Shown: piece by piece, positions 12,031 to 25,210 of the stretch
Position numbering within the stretch: the stretch's first letter is position 1
How the letters are laid out: every line of letters begins with the position of its first letter
NCBI RefSeq assembly: GCF_006345805.1
Contig: NC_043016.1
Coordinates: forward strand, 31,496,001-31,560,000
Source of the DNA: Octopus sinensis
Taxonomy: Eukaryota
Direction: 5' to 3'
DNA: 64,000 nucleotides
Translations under genes and position numbers: made by a program
The notes under the pieces: generated by a model
Database searches by the model: none
What the model saw: the letters and a program-made list of their open reading frames with translations, nothing else
Told to the model about the DNA's origin: nothing

Positions 12031-12435
12031 CTCTTTCACTCTTTTACTTGTTTCAGTCATTCGACTGTGGCCATGCTGGAGCACCGCCTTTAGTCGAGCA
12101 AATAGACCCCAGATCTTATTCTTTGTAAGCCTAGTACTTATTCTATCAGTCTCTTTTGCTGAACCACTAAGTTACAGGGACGTAAACACACCAGCATCGG
12201 TTGTCAAACGATGTCGAGGGGGGGGGACAAACACAGACACACAAACATATACACACATACATATATATACATATATACGACAGGCTTCTTTCAGTTTCCA
12301 TCTATCAAATCCACTCACAAGGCTTTTGTCGGCCCGAGGCTATAGTAGAAGACACCTGCCCAAGGTGCCATGCAGTGGGACTAAACCCGGGACCATGTGG
12401 TTGGTAAGCAAGCTACTTACGACACAGCCACTCCT
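12031..12435 (-). mobile_element. SINE family A, full length
   Basis: Reverse complement of 2427-2845. Confidence 0.88.
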
Positions 12436-12760
12436 AACTCATGGCAAGCCGACCTTTATAGAGTTGGTACCATAAAAATGCATTTGGTATATAGGGAGAA
12501 GTCATAGTCATTGAATCCTGTCAAACTGTCCCAGGTGATCAATGTAAAATGTGAATGGAGAGGGGCAATGTTAAGAATGAAGAATGGATGTCAAGTGAAT
12601 TGGTTCTGGATAGCAAGAAGGGTAACTGATATCACAGAAAAATATAATGAAAATATAATGCTCAAACAGCAAAGTACTACAGTTATGAAGGTAATGAAAT
12701 GATCAGTGGTAGAAAGATAATGACTGGCTTGAGGAGGAAATTGAGCAAGAGTTCTAATTT

Positions 12761-13050
<290 letters not shown>

Positions 13051-13292
13051 GCTGCTTTCTTTCAAGGAATCTAATGCTCTTAGCTTAGTTTTTCCTTGGG
13101 GCAGGTCAGATTGGAGCAATCTCAAGAATAATCAGCCGAAATTGCGAGGATAATCTGGTTCCTGACTGAAGATAGAAAACTTTGGATGACCCGTCTGTCC
13201 TTGTTTTCTTTGTATCGTCTTTCTGGATGCTTTTTTGTCCCCTTTTTGTATCACTTAGTTGTCTGGATATTTTGCGTTCTTGTCCCATTTTG

Positions 13293-13332
<40 letters not shown>

Positions 13333-13759
13333 AACCACCTATTTCTATCTCTCTCTCTCTCTCTCTCTTACACTCTTACTATCTCTCTACTTCTCTCACT
13401 AATTCCCTCTCTCCTTCTCTTTCCCTGTCCTCTATAGTAAGTCAACTATCTCTGCCTCTCTACTATTCTTTAACCATTCAGCTGGCTCACAGGCACTTCC
13501 CTTGGTTCCACTCCCTCTCTCAGCTGAGACGCCTTTGTCTTGCAAGCTACTTGGTGATCCTGCTAGTGTGTTAGTGCCATTTAAAAAAAAACCTGTGTTG
13601 GTACCATGTAAAAAAGCCTTTTGTTACTAACAGAAGTAGTAGCTCTATGAATTTTCTCCAACCAGTTCTTATTCTAACAACTATACTTTCAACTGTTGCC
13701 CTGAGCAAGCTGATAGTTGCTGAGGCATGTACAAGCTGATAGTTGTGGAAATTACCTTG

Positions 13760-14060
13760 TCTTTGTCATGTGCTTCCTTGGCACCCCAGGTGACTACCTG
13801 AGTTGCCACCTAGGTCACAAAAGCTATCTACTACTCCTTGTGATCCTCTTAGGCATACAAGAAAACCTATTTCCTGTAAGTTCTTAATGTTTGTTGCTCC
13901 TGCACATGTGCCACAAAGTTTACTTTCTCTGATAACCTTCTTGTGATTCCACTTATGTTTTCATAGTTTGCATTGGGTATGCTTTATGGAATTCCTATCA
14001 ATACCGTTTCTACATGTCATGCAAAATCATTTTCCCAATAGGAGTAGTATCTTCTCTGTT
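13760..14060 (-). mobile_element. Highly degenerate RTE fragment (same type as 20240-22885)
   Basis: Residual VVDSFCDLGG..S...GC motif and FVCGTC-like PHD end. Confidence 0.45.
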
Positions 14061-14615
14061 TTTCCCAGCTTAATAAAATTTTGGTCTTGTTAAGTTGAAT
14101 TTCAAGGCCCTTTGAATTCAAGAATTGCTTTCTTTCTTTCTTCTTTCTTTCTTTCTTTCTTTTTCTTTCTTTCTTTCTTTCCTCCTCCTCCTCCTCCTCC
14201 TCCTCCTCCTTCTTTCCATCTCTCTGTTATTTCTTTCTTCCTTTCTATCTCTCCCACTGTGAGTTCCTTTAGAAATTTCCATCAGTTCTCTTTTCCAGAA
14301 ACGTAACTCTTCCAATGTTACTGACTTCCCACTATTAATTATTTACATTATTTACATTTGACTGATTTTTGTCCTCATCTTGTTTGTTGTTAACACAATG
14401 TTTCAGCTGAGATACTCTCCAGCCTTCAAACGAGATGAGGACAAATATCCGCCAAATGTAAATAATGTTCATAATTCCACATCTCTTAAATATAGAACTA
14501 TATTTCCACTATTAATGTTTGTAAATTTTTTATTTACTTTCCCAAAAGGTTTTCTGCATAAAGCCCACTTCTTCTACAGCTATTTTTTCATGCCCTTACT
14601 CTTTACTCTCTTTTA

Positions 14616-15208
14616 CTTGTTTCAATCATTTGACTGCGGCCATGCTGGAGCACCGCCTTTAGTCCAGCAAATCGACTCCAGGACTTATTCTTTGTAAGCC
14701 TAGTACTTATTCTATCAGTCTCTTTTGCTGAACCACTAAGTTACAGGGAAGTAAACACACCAGCGTTGGTCGTCAAGCAATGTTGGGGGGACAAACACAG
14801 GATCACACACATACATATATGACCGCGTGTGTACCGTTGACGATTTTTTTTTCCTCTGTCTTCCCTTCTCTGGATCTTTTCTTCTCCTATGTTTCCGACG
14901 AAGAGCTCCGCTCGAAAAGTTAAACCCTCCTTCTTTCCTGGGCGTCCAATAATACTATATTTGTTCCACGTCCTCGCGTTGTTGTGTTTTTTTGTGCTTT
15001 CTTGTTTGGATTAACTATATATATATATATATATATACATATATACGATGGGCTTCTTTCAGTTTCTATCTGCCAAATCCACTCACAAGGCTTTGGTCGG
15101 CCCATGGCTATAGTAGGAGACACTTGCCCAAGGTGCCACACAGTGGGACTGAACGCAGAACCATGTGCTTGGTAAGCAAGCTACTTACCACACAGCCACT
15201 CCTGCACC
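14616..15208 (-). mobile_element. SINE family A interrupted by an H1 insertion at 14818-15015
   Basis: SINE tail 14616-14815 and head 15040-15208 are colinear either side of the insert. Confidence 0.85.
14818..15015 (+). mobile_element. Hammerhead-bearing repeat H1, copy 3; core at 14891-14925
   Basis: GTTT-CCGACGA-AGAGCTCCGCTC-GAAA-AG-TT-AAAC. Confidence 0.75.
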
Positions 15209-16111
15209 TACTATTATAAAAAGCAAAAGAAATAATAAGAAAAAGAGAGAGAAAAAATGATAAACAACTAAAAACACAGCGAAAGACAGTGCATAAATTA
15301 ACTAGAAGCAATATAAAATTCAGGTTTAAAACATGCGACAATGTAACCAAGAAATATAGAAAGTTAAAAACAATTAATATCGTCTATTATAATAAAAGCA
15401 GAATTCTGTGTGTCTGGGGCCCCTGTATTTCAGTCTACATTTGCTGTGCATAGACATATTATACCTTTTTGGAATCAGGATGATCCCAGGATTGAAAATC
15501 TGGCCTTTGTTTGGTTCTGAACATCCAACATTGAGATCTGATTTGAAAGCATTCAGGTTGCTATTTCTAGCAGGTAAAGCTTGGCTGATTCACACTAACT
15601 TGGTTGGCATTTGTCAGATGATGTCAGAGATCGGGGTGGGGGTGGGGGAGATAAATGACATTTGCTTCATTAATTTTATGTTGAAATAAGAACTTTGAGA
15701 CAAATTCAACTTGGGACTGGAACAATAAAATGATCACATTACAGAATTAATTCTCATCTATCCTTAACCTCTGATCAAACACCGCAAGGGCATATGGTCA
15801 TTTCAGATGTATTATAGTCATACTTTTTGGCTATCTTTAGTTCTGGGCTACAGGTCTAATTAGCCCTCTGCAGGAGCTAGCTTAAATGCCCATATGGAGT
15901 GTGGCTTTTAAGCTAGTGTTAGACAAAGAAACAACCTTACAAAAGTTTCATGAAATACATTTTTACAAATACATAGGGAGTTCAAAACTAGACAGAGTAT
16001 AGCAGCTAAATGAAAGAAAATGTTTACAAGGAATGTTATGTAGGATATATCAAAGATGCACTCGTTCTTCAAATTACAATAAATGTATTGTTTATTGATT
16101 TAGAAATAAGA

Positions 16112-16340
16112 TTAACCCTTTCGTTACTGTATTTATTTTGAGATGCTCTGTGTTTCTTTCAATTACTTTAAATATAATAAAGAATTTAGTAAAATAACTT
16201 AGTTATCATTCAGCTAGCGTTAGGAACATAAATTGTGACTAAGGTTTGGTGGAAGATTTTAATTCAAAACTTATAAAAAACAAGACATTTGTACTCAGAG
16301 CCAGAGCTGGTTTCAGTCAGGTTGGTAATGAAACAGTTAA
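16112..16340. mobile_element. piggyBac-type MITE
   Basis: TTAA-CCCTTTCGTTAC left end and degenerate GTAATGAAACAG-TTAA right end. Confidence 0.6.
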
Positions 16341-16359
16341 TGGTTAAATGCATAAATAG

Positions 16360-17612
16360 ATAAATTTGTGTTTACAAATGTTCAAAATGATAACCACTTT
16401 ACAAATACAGTCATTAACATGGATTAATTGATTCAACAGCATTACAGATTATTTCATTTGGAACTGCGAGATATCTTTGTTCAATTTTTGTTTTCAACTC
16501 TTCAACTATTGCTGGTTTTGAACCATAAACCTTATGGTCTACTAAGAACTGATGCGCCAAAAACCGAAAGTCTACAGAATTAAAAACATTGAATATAATA
16601 ATGAAATTATTGTATACAGTGCTCAGGTGCACCACAACATGCTCAGGTACACCACAACATCTTTGAAGTATCCCCATAAAAAGAAGTCCATTGGAGTGAG
16701 GTCTAGAGAATGTGCAGGGAATTCAACTCTGCCTCTTTTCCTAATACATTTGTTTAGAAAAGTTGCATCAAGATAGACCCTTACATTATGATGGTAGCAG
16801 AGAGATGCTTCATCTTGTTGAAAATAAAACTTTTCATCATCAAAGATCTCTTCAACATGTGAAATGAAGGATCCCTGCAGCAAGCACAAGTAAATATCCC
16901 CAGTGACAGTTTGGTCAAAGAAGGATTACCCTAGAAGTGTAACCCCTGGTAAATTTAAATGGTGTTCCATAGAAAGGTACAGATTCTCAGGAGCCCAATA
17001 GTTGTAATTGTGTTGGTTAATTGAGTCATTTAATTTAAAGCTGGCCTCATCACTTCAAACAATTACGGAAGGAAATGCTACATCTTTGTTGCTACATCTT
17101 TGGCTAGACACCACTCACAAAATTCAGCTCTCCAGACAGGAGTTTATTCATATAGAGTGTGGATTAATGTAACATTTTCAATGAACTTGCTTCAAAATGC
17201 AGTGGGTGCTTGATTTTGAGATTCCTGTCTCATGAGCCATTTGCCATACAGATTCTTGTGGGGATTGGTGAAGGGCTTTCAACAATTGTTTTTTCTTTGC
17301 AGGACTGGCTGGTAACTATGGTCTTCCTGAATACTCCTTACAGACATCATGCAGGGTTCTATCTGATTCAAATTTATTTCAGATGCAAGCAATGGTGCGT
17401 TGCATTTATAGATATTTATGGAAATATTTTCTAAATTGTCTTTGCAGTGCTATGATGTTTCCATGGTTCCAATAGTACTTTATGATAAATTTTCTTTCTT
17501 CAAAACTTGGTCATACTTCTGCTATCATTTGAGTCTATTTGATCTGAAAAGAAATGAAAATTAAATGAGTTGTGGGGTGTCAGTGTGAGTAAATTTTTTG
17601 GGGGTCATCCTG
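16360..17612 (-). mobile_element. Degenerate Tc1/mariner (DD37D-like) transposon with a CR1-tail insertion
   Basis: TA-CAGGATGACCCCCAAAAAATTTAC terminus at 17612. [25 protein letters not shown] and SLDLTPMDFFLWGYFKDVV motifs. Confidence 0.7.
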
Positions 17613-17614
17613 TA

Positions 17615-18200
17615 GATTCAGAAGTGAAAGAAAGGGTTAGAAAGGAATATTACAAGCATGTCAGACTAATACTTAAAACAGAGCTAAGTGCTAAAAATAA
17701 AGTAATTGGCATTAATACACTAGGAGTCTCAGTAATAATCCATAATAATAATAATTTCACCTTCAAACTAAATGGGTTAGCAAATTAGATGCAAAAACAA
17801 AAAAAAATATTGACTACTTATTGGATGCATCACACAAAATCCAATACAGAAAGGTTGTATTTATTAGAAATATAGAGATGTAGGTGCATTCTGCAATGAA
17901 AAAGTTGTTATGGAAAACCTATAGTGGGACTGCAAAAATATCTTGCAAAGAATATTAGAAAACTAATGCAGATATCCACAAAAGAAAATACTTTTTTCTG
18001 ATTTTGACGAAGCCAACAAATACAAAATAGAAGTTGAAGAAACAGACAACTGCAAGAAGAATGAAAGGAAAAAAAGATAGAAATTATGGCAGAACAATGA
18101 GACAGTAGAAAATTACGAATATCTTTCAAACCTTTTTCCAGTATATGCAAAAGGAACTGGGTATAATGACAAAAGCCCTATTTGGTTAATCAAGTTCCAT
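17615..18200 (+). mobile_element. R4/Dong-clade non-LTR retrotransposon relic
   Basis: KERVRKEYYKHVRLILKTELSAKNKVIGINTL and LDAKTKKILT.Y.MHH.KS..ERLYL motifs, with many stops. Confidence 0.65.
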
Positions 18201-18224
18201 TTTAAAGCTACAATTATGTTTTCA

Positions 18225-18425
18225 AATTTTGGTACAAGGCCAGCAATTTCAGGGTAGGGGCTAAATTGATTTCATTGACTCCAGTGCTCAATGGTACTTA
18301 ACTTCATTGACCCTGAAAGGATGAAAGGCAAAATTGACTGTGGAGGAATTGGAACTCAGAACATATGGATGGATGAAACATTGCTTAGCATTTTGCCCAG
18401 CATGCTAATGGTTCTGCCAGATCAC
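18225..18425 (-). mobile_element. SINE family C fragment (other copies 30822-31545, 33862-34000, 39512-39692, 49935-50137)
   Basis: Shared GGTACTTA..TT.ATCGACCC.GAAAGGATGAAAGGCAAA body and GGAATTTGAACTCAGAA B-box region. Confidence 0.7.
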
Positions 18426-18692
18426 TGCCTTCCTACAGCTATGGATATAATACTTAGATACATCACCAGAGATGTATCCTCAGGTTACCAGGTGTTTTGA
18501 GTCTTACAGCAAACATCCACATCAAGACAACCCAACCTAGGCTGATTAAACGTAGGTCTGTGTCCAAGTGGTATTTTGCTAACTTCCATATTGTTCTTGA
18601 TGACAATTCTTCTGTTCATTCTTAGAATCGATTAGAATATTCTAAAGACTACTACAAGAGAAATCCTTTTACATCAAGTGATATTTGACAGC

Positions 18693-18945
18693 GTGGAGGC
18701 ACATGGCTTAGTGGTTAGGGTGTCAGCATCATGATTGTAAGATTATGGTTTGGATTCTTGGACCGGGTGACACGTTGTGTTCTTGAGCAAAACACTTCGT
18801 TTCACGTTGCTCCAGTCCACTCAGCTAGCAAAAATGGGTAACACTGCGATGGACTGGCGTCCCGTCCAGCTGGAGAACACATATGCCATTGAAACTGGGC
18901 CCATGAGCCTGGCTAGGCTTTAAAAGGGCACATTATTTATTTATT
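18693..18945 (+). mobile_element. tRNA-derived SINE with CORE-like block and (TTTA)n tail
   Basis: GGCTTAGTGGTTAGGGTG A-box, CTTGAGCAAAACACTT block, TTTA repeat tail. Confidence 0.75.
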
Positions 18946-18989
18946 TATTTATTTATTATATTGGATAGCAGGATGCTGAGAAAAAACTG

Positions 18990-19410
18990 AGAGGATTTGT
19001 TATAGGTCCAGAAAATGATAATGGTGACAACAATAGCAACGGTGATGATGATGGTAACAATGATGACGATGACGATGAGAATGACAATGATGATGACGAC
19101 AATGTTGACGATGACGATGACGATGATGATGACAATGACAATGACAATGATGATGACAACAATGATGAGGATGACGATGCTGATGATGACGACGACGATG
19201 AGGATGACAATGATGATGATGATGACGACGACGATGACGATGATGATGATGATGGTATTGGTGATGATGGTGGTGGTGGTAGTGGTGGTAGTGGTGGTGG
19301 TGGCAGCGATGATGATGATGGTGATGGTGATGATGATAACAATGATAATGATGATGGTTGTGAGGATGTTGACGATAAAGATGGCAATAATGATAATTGT
19401 TAATAGCATA
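18990..19410. repeat. Degenerate (GAT/GAC/AAT/GGT)n trinucleotide tract
   Basis: Direct inspection. Explains the poly-S, poly-I and poly-M ORFs. Confidence 0.9.
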
Positions 19411-19978
19411 GTTTAAAATTTCAATATTTTTACGTCCAACATAACTCAGAAACTTTAAAAGATAAATAAATTAAATAAATTAAAAATAAAAGCAAGAAGT
19501 AGATGTTAATTAAAACAATGATTTATTGATATCACCAGTTTGACATGTTGACAACAAAGATTTTTGTCTGAAAGTAACATTTAGAATTTGCTCTCTAATC
19601 AGATTTATTCCAAATCTTATGGTTATGCGAAGAAAGTTGACTTATATTATTAAATTCATTATCAACTGGATCCAATATTAACTTTACAAGAACTTTACTT
19701 TTCCTTTTTTCTGTTTCTAATAAAGAATCATAAAATATGCGTAACAGCTGAGTATATTTCAAGATAACTGGTTTATTAGCTTCTTTTCATTCAAATTGCA
19801 ATTTGTTTTGTTATTATTGGTGTAAGGTTGGCATGATTTACATGAATTTCTATGTTCTTTTGTGTGGATTTGTATGTAAATAAACATATATATTCACTCA
19901 CTAACACTCCATCAGTTACAATGACAAGGGTTCCAAGTGATACAATCAACAGAACAGCCTGCTCGTGAAATTAACGTG

Positions 19979-20140
19979 CAGGAGTGGCTGTGTGGTAAGT
20001 AAGCTTGCTTACCAACCACATGGTTCTAGGTTCAATCACATTGTGTGACACCTCAGGCAAGTGTCTTCTGCTATAGCCTCAAGCCAACCAAAGCCTTGTG
20101 AGTGGATTTCATAGACAGAAACTGAAAAGAAGCCCATCAT
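19979..20140 (+). mobile_element. SINE family A head; the RTE 3' tail abuts its internal microsatellite
   Basis: GGAGTGGCTGTGTGGTAAG...GAAAAGAAGCCC, then (CA)n(TA)n. Confidence 0.8.
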
Positions 20141-20142
20141 AT

Positions 20143-20239
<97 letters not shown>

Positions 20240-20241
<2 letters not shown>

Positions 20242-22885
20242 TCATCATCATCATCATCATCATTGTTTAACGTCCGTTCTCCATGCTAGCATGGGTTGGA
20301 TGGTTCGACCGGGGATCTGGGAAGCCAGAAGGCTGCACCAGGCTCCAGTCTTATCTGGCAATGTTTCTACAGCTTGATGCCCTTCCTAACGCCAACCACT
20401 CCGTGAGTGTAGTGGGTGCTTTTTACGTGCCACCTGCACAGGTGCCAGGCGAGGCTGGCAACGGCCACGGTCGGATTGGTGCATTTTACGTGCCACCGAC
20501 ACGGAAGCCAGTCGAGGCGGCGCTGGCATCGGCCACGAGTTGTATAGTGCTTTTTACGTACCACCAGTCCAGGGGTCCTGGCTGGTTCAATTCGATTTCG
20601 ATTTCGATTTTGATTTCGCTTGCCCCAACATGTCTTCGCAAGCAAAGCGGGTTGGCATGGGTGCCTGTCATCGGATGAGGTTCTATATCGACTTCGCTTG
20701 CCTCAACAGGTCTTTGTGTCCAAGGGAGGAAAGGCATTCATAAGTGGGCTGGGCTCATTTGTCCTGCCGGGTCTTCTCACGTACAGCATATTTCCAAAGG
20801 TCTCAGTCGCTGTCATTTCCTCAGTGAGGCCTAAAGTTCGAAGGTCGTGCTTCACCACCTCGTCCCAGGTTTTCCTGGGTCTACCTCTTCCACGAGTTCC
20901 CTCAACTGCTAGGAATTGGCACTTTCTCACACACCTATCTTCATCCATTCTTGCCACATGACCATACCAGCGCAATCGTCTTTCTTGCACACCACAACTG
21001 ATGCTTCTTAGGTACAACATTTCTCTCAAGGTACTAACGCTCTGTCGAGTATGAGTACTGACATTACACATCCATCGGAGCATACTGGCGTCATTCCTCA
21101 CGAGCTTACGCATGTCCTCAGCAGTCACGGCCCATGTTTCACTGCCATGTAGCATGGCTGTTCGTACACATGCATCATACAGTCTGCCTTTTACTCTGAG
21201 CGAGAGGCCTTTAGTCACCAGCAGAGGTAAGAGCTCCCTAAACTTTGCCCAGGCTATTCTTATTCTAGCAGTTACACTTTCAGTGCACCCACCCCCACTA
21301 CTGACTTGGTCACCTAGATAACGGAAGCTATCAACTGCTTCTAGTTTTTCCCCCTGGAAAGTGACGGAAGTTGTTTTCTGCAGATTTTCGGAGGTTAATG
21401 CTCCCGAGCATCTGCCACATACAAAAACTATCTTCCCAGTTAGCCTACCTTTGACATTGCTGCACCTCTTATGTGTCCATAGCTTACACTGGGTACATCT
21501 TATAGAGTTTCTACCTACACCTTTTCTACAGATCGAGCAGGGCCATCTTCCTGAAGACATTTGTGGATTGTCTACCTTCCTACTTATTAGTACTTTGGTT
21601 TTAGCTAGGTTGACTCTAAGGCCCCTCGATTTTAAACCCTCCTTCCACACCTGGAACTTCTCCTCCAGTTCTGATAGTGACTCAGCAATTAGAGCAAGGT
21701 CGTCAGCATAGATGAGCTCCCAGGGGCAACCTGTCTTGAATTCCTCCGTAATTGCCTGGAGGACTATGATAAATAGGAGGGGGCTGAGTACTGAACCCTG
21801 GTGGACCCCAACCTCTACTTTGAATTCTTCTGTGTACATGTTGTCAACCCTAACCTTACTTACGGCATCTCTGTACATGGCTTGCACAGCCCTCACCAGC
21901 CATTCATCTATCCCTAGTTTCCTCATTGACCACCAGATAAGGGATCGGGGGACCCTATCAAAGGCTTTCTCCATTTCAACGAAAGCCAGGTACAGGGGCT
22001 TATCTTTAGCTAGGTATTTCTCCTGCAGCTGCCTTACCAGGAATATAGCATCAGTGGTACTTTTCCCTGGCACGAACCCAAACTGCATCTCATCTAAACT
22101 AACTCTCTCTCTAATTAGTTGGGCTATGACCCTCTCCGTAACCTTCATTACCTGATCCAACAGCTTGATACCTCTATAATTATTTATTTCTAGGGCATCA
22201 CCTTTACCTTTGTAGCAGTTGACTTGTATGCTGCTACACCAGTCATTGGGTATGACTCCTTCGTGTATCACCTGGTTGACTATACGGGTGACTAGGTTAT
22301 AGCCGACACTGCCAGATATTTTGAGCATCTCTGCAGTAATTCCTGATGGGCCTGGGGCTTTCCCTGTCTTCATGCTTCTAATTGCTTTAACTACCAAAGA
22401 ATTTTCAACTCAGATGGCTGGTCCCTCTGTTGGGTTGACATTCGGCAGACTCTCTTTATCCCATTTTCTTTATTCAGCAACCGTTCATAGTGGCATCTCC
22501 AAACCTCTCTCTTTGCATCCTCATTTAGCGCAAGTGAACCATCATCCATGCGAACACACTTCTCTCCTACCACATCACGATTCTCTCTCAGACACTGTCT
22601 TGCAACACGAAATACCTCAAGTCTTTCATCCTCACGGCTCAGAACATTGGCAAATTTTTTCTTATCTGCTTCCCCTCTGGCTAAATAAACCTGTCTCCAA
22701 TCTTCCCTTCTGGCTGTCTGATACAATTCCCTGCTACCACCGTTCTTCCAGTCCTTCCAAGCCTGTCTCTTTTGTCTAATAACCCTGTCAACCACAGTGT
22801 TCCACCACCATGTTACTCTGGGTCGAGATGGTACTTTGCTCCATCCACAGATCTGGTCAGTGGCTGTGAAAGCACGTGGTTGAAT
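20240..22885 (-). mobile_element. RTE-clade LINE, 5'-truncated; 564-aa RT ORF (22397-20703) with PHD-type insert; (GAT)n tail
   Basis: KAPGPSGI, KGKGD...NYRGIKLL, QFGFVPGKSTTDAIF, GVHQGSVLSPLLF, YADD and YGSETW motifs. Frameshift near 22400-22480. Confidence 0.93.
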
Positions 22886-22889
22886 ATAT

Positions 22890-24850
22890 AGAAAATAGTA
22901 AAAAGCGAAAAAACTACAGAAGGCTTGTTTTAAAAGGTTAAAAAATATATTTGAGTCATTATGTCAGAAGAATGTTATAAATTTTCTTCATACAGTGACA
23001 TAGTTTTTGAAGAAATTACCGGTTTCGTGTTAACTTTTCAAATTTCTCAAAACATTGTTATGATTTCATTTAAGAAGTGTAAAGAAGAGTTCCAGGTAAG
23101 GGAAGGTAATAAGTGATTTCTTCCGGTGTAAGGGAGATAATTGCTTTATATTTCTTGCCTTTTTAAAAAATTTAATGGGGTGAGTTTCTCTGTATAAGAA
23201 TGTTAGAGTGGTTAAGTTTGGGCTTATATTTTTCAATGAAGAATGTTTCCTTGTTTAGTCTAATTTGTTTTGGTGTTCCAATAGCACATTGATAAAATGG
23301 AAAGATTAAAAATTGTGGTAGTAGTTGCTTTGCGCATTTCTCAATATGCTCACTAAAGGGTATCATTCTGTATTCTGGGAATGCAATCTGTTGTCGATGC
23401 AGTGTGCATCTACGTCTGAGTGATAGTCCCGTGGACCCCACATAGTTTTGGTGGCAGCCCGAGCATCTTATGACATAAATTATGTTTTCAGAGGCACAAG
23501 TAAAATTAGATTTGAACTTGAATTTTTGTCCCTCTTTGAAGAGGAATTCTGATCCTTCTAGAAGGTTTGGGCATGTTGCACAGTTTGATCTACCACATTT
23601 TTTTTACTTTTGCATCCGTAATATCAGAAAGCAATTTTGCCTTTGTGAGAATCTTTTTAAGTGATTTAGGTTGTTTGTAGCTTTTAATGATTTTATGTAT
23701 GTTTAGAATTTCCTTTAATTTGGGGTCCTTATGAACTATTGGTAAATTCTGGGTGATGATGGTGAAGGTTTCTTTGTTTCTGGGGTTGTATGTGGATATG
23801 TAAGGCAGTATTTTCGGGGAAGGTGTGTTGTTGTGTTGAACTTTTCTCAAAGTTTCTATGTTGATTTCTGTTGCGCGTCTGATCCCATCCTCTATGAGTT
23901 GAGCTGGGTAGTGTCTGTCAATTAGGGTGTTTTTGAGTTCTTGTAGTTTGAAGTTCCTGGTATTTTGTTCTGACACTATTGTGCATATCCTTCTTGCAAG
24001 GTTGAAAGGGATGTTTGTTTTAGTGTGTCTTGGGTGGCATGAATCAAAAAGTAGGTATTGTTTGGCGTCTGTGGCTTTGTAAAAAATGTCTGTTTCTATT
24101 TTAAGGTTAATTTTTTTAATTAGTATATCTAAGAATGGGAGCTCCTTTTGGTTGTATTCCATTGTGAACTGTATGTTTGGGTTGATGCTGTTCAATAGGT
24201 TTTTGAATTTTAGGAGTTTATTTGTGTTTTCATTCCAGAGTATAAAACAATTGTCCAGGAATCGTTTCCAATTCTCTTTTATGTATTGAGAGAGGGGGTT
24301 TCCAAAGGTTGATAAAGATTCCTGGTAAATAATTATTTCCAGGTAGCCCATTGTTAGGTTCGCGATGACTGGTGCTGCCCTTGTACCCATAGCAATTCCG
24401 GATTTTTGATGGTAAAATGTACTGTCAAACATGAAGTCGTTATTATGTAGGATGAATTCAACTGATTTAGTAATGAATTCTTTACTGATCCTTTTTGGTA
24501 TTTCTGCCGGAAATTGGTCCAGCCAGAACTGTATTGCCTCTATTGGAACACCAACACAAATTAGACTAAACAAGGAAACATTCTTCATTGAAAAATATAA
24601 GCCCAAACTTAACCACTCTAACATTCTTATACAGAGAAACTCACCCCATTAAATTTTTTAAAAAGGCAAGAAATATAAAGCGATTATCTCCCTTACACTG
24701 GAAGAAATCACTTATTACCTCCTCTTACCTGGAATTCTTCTTTAAACTTCTTAAACGAAATCATAACAATGTTTTGAGAAATTTGAAAAGTTAAACACGA
24801 AACTGGTAATTTCTTCAAAAACTATGTCACTGTATGAAAAAAATTATATA
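22890..24850 (-). mobile_element. Penelope-like element: RT C-terminal half plus GIY-YIG endonuclease, with an inverted copy of its 3' end at the 5' truncation
   Basis: GIAMGTRAAP, WKRFLDN, QFTME, LPFLDILI and DSCHP motifs; frameshifted IIYVIRCSGCHQNYVGST. 24541-24848 is an inverted copy of 22978-23283. Confidence 0.9.
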
Positions 24851-24959
24851 TATTATATATATATATACTGTCCTTAAAGTGTCAGGAACTAACAGGTTGA
24901 AAAACTCGACAGGAATTCTTCTGCTGAAGGTTTTTCCCTTTAACCATTCACCCCACTGT

Positions 24960-25210
24960 GAGTTTCTACTCACTATATAGTATATAAACACACACACACT
25001 CTTACATACACACACACTCTGTCACACACACAGACACATACACACACACAGACACTCACTATATAGTATATAAACTCACAGTATATAAACTCACAGTGGG
25101 GAGTTTCTACTCACTATATAGTATATAAACATACACACACACAGACACTCTTACATACACACACACTCTGTCACACACACAGACACATACACACACACAG
25201 ACACTCACAC
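24960..25210 (+). repeat. Tandem duplication of an about 100-bp CA-rich block
   Basis: GAGTTTCTACTCACTATATAGTATATAAAC...CAGACACTCAC occurs at about 24960 and about 25101. Confidence 0.7.

Noticed and set aside
18945-19416. Three overlapping 130-150-aa low-complexity ORFs
   Set aside because: A stop-poor trinucleotide tract is open in several frames; no splice context or domain.
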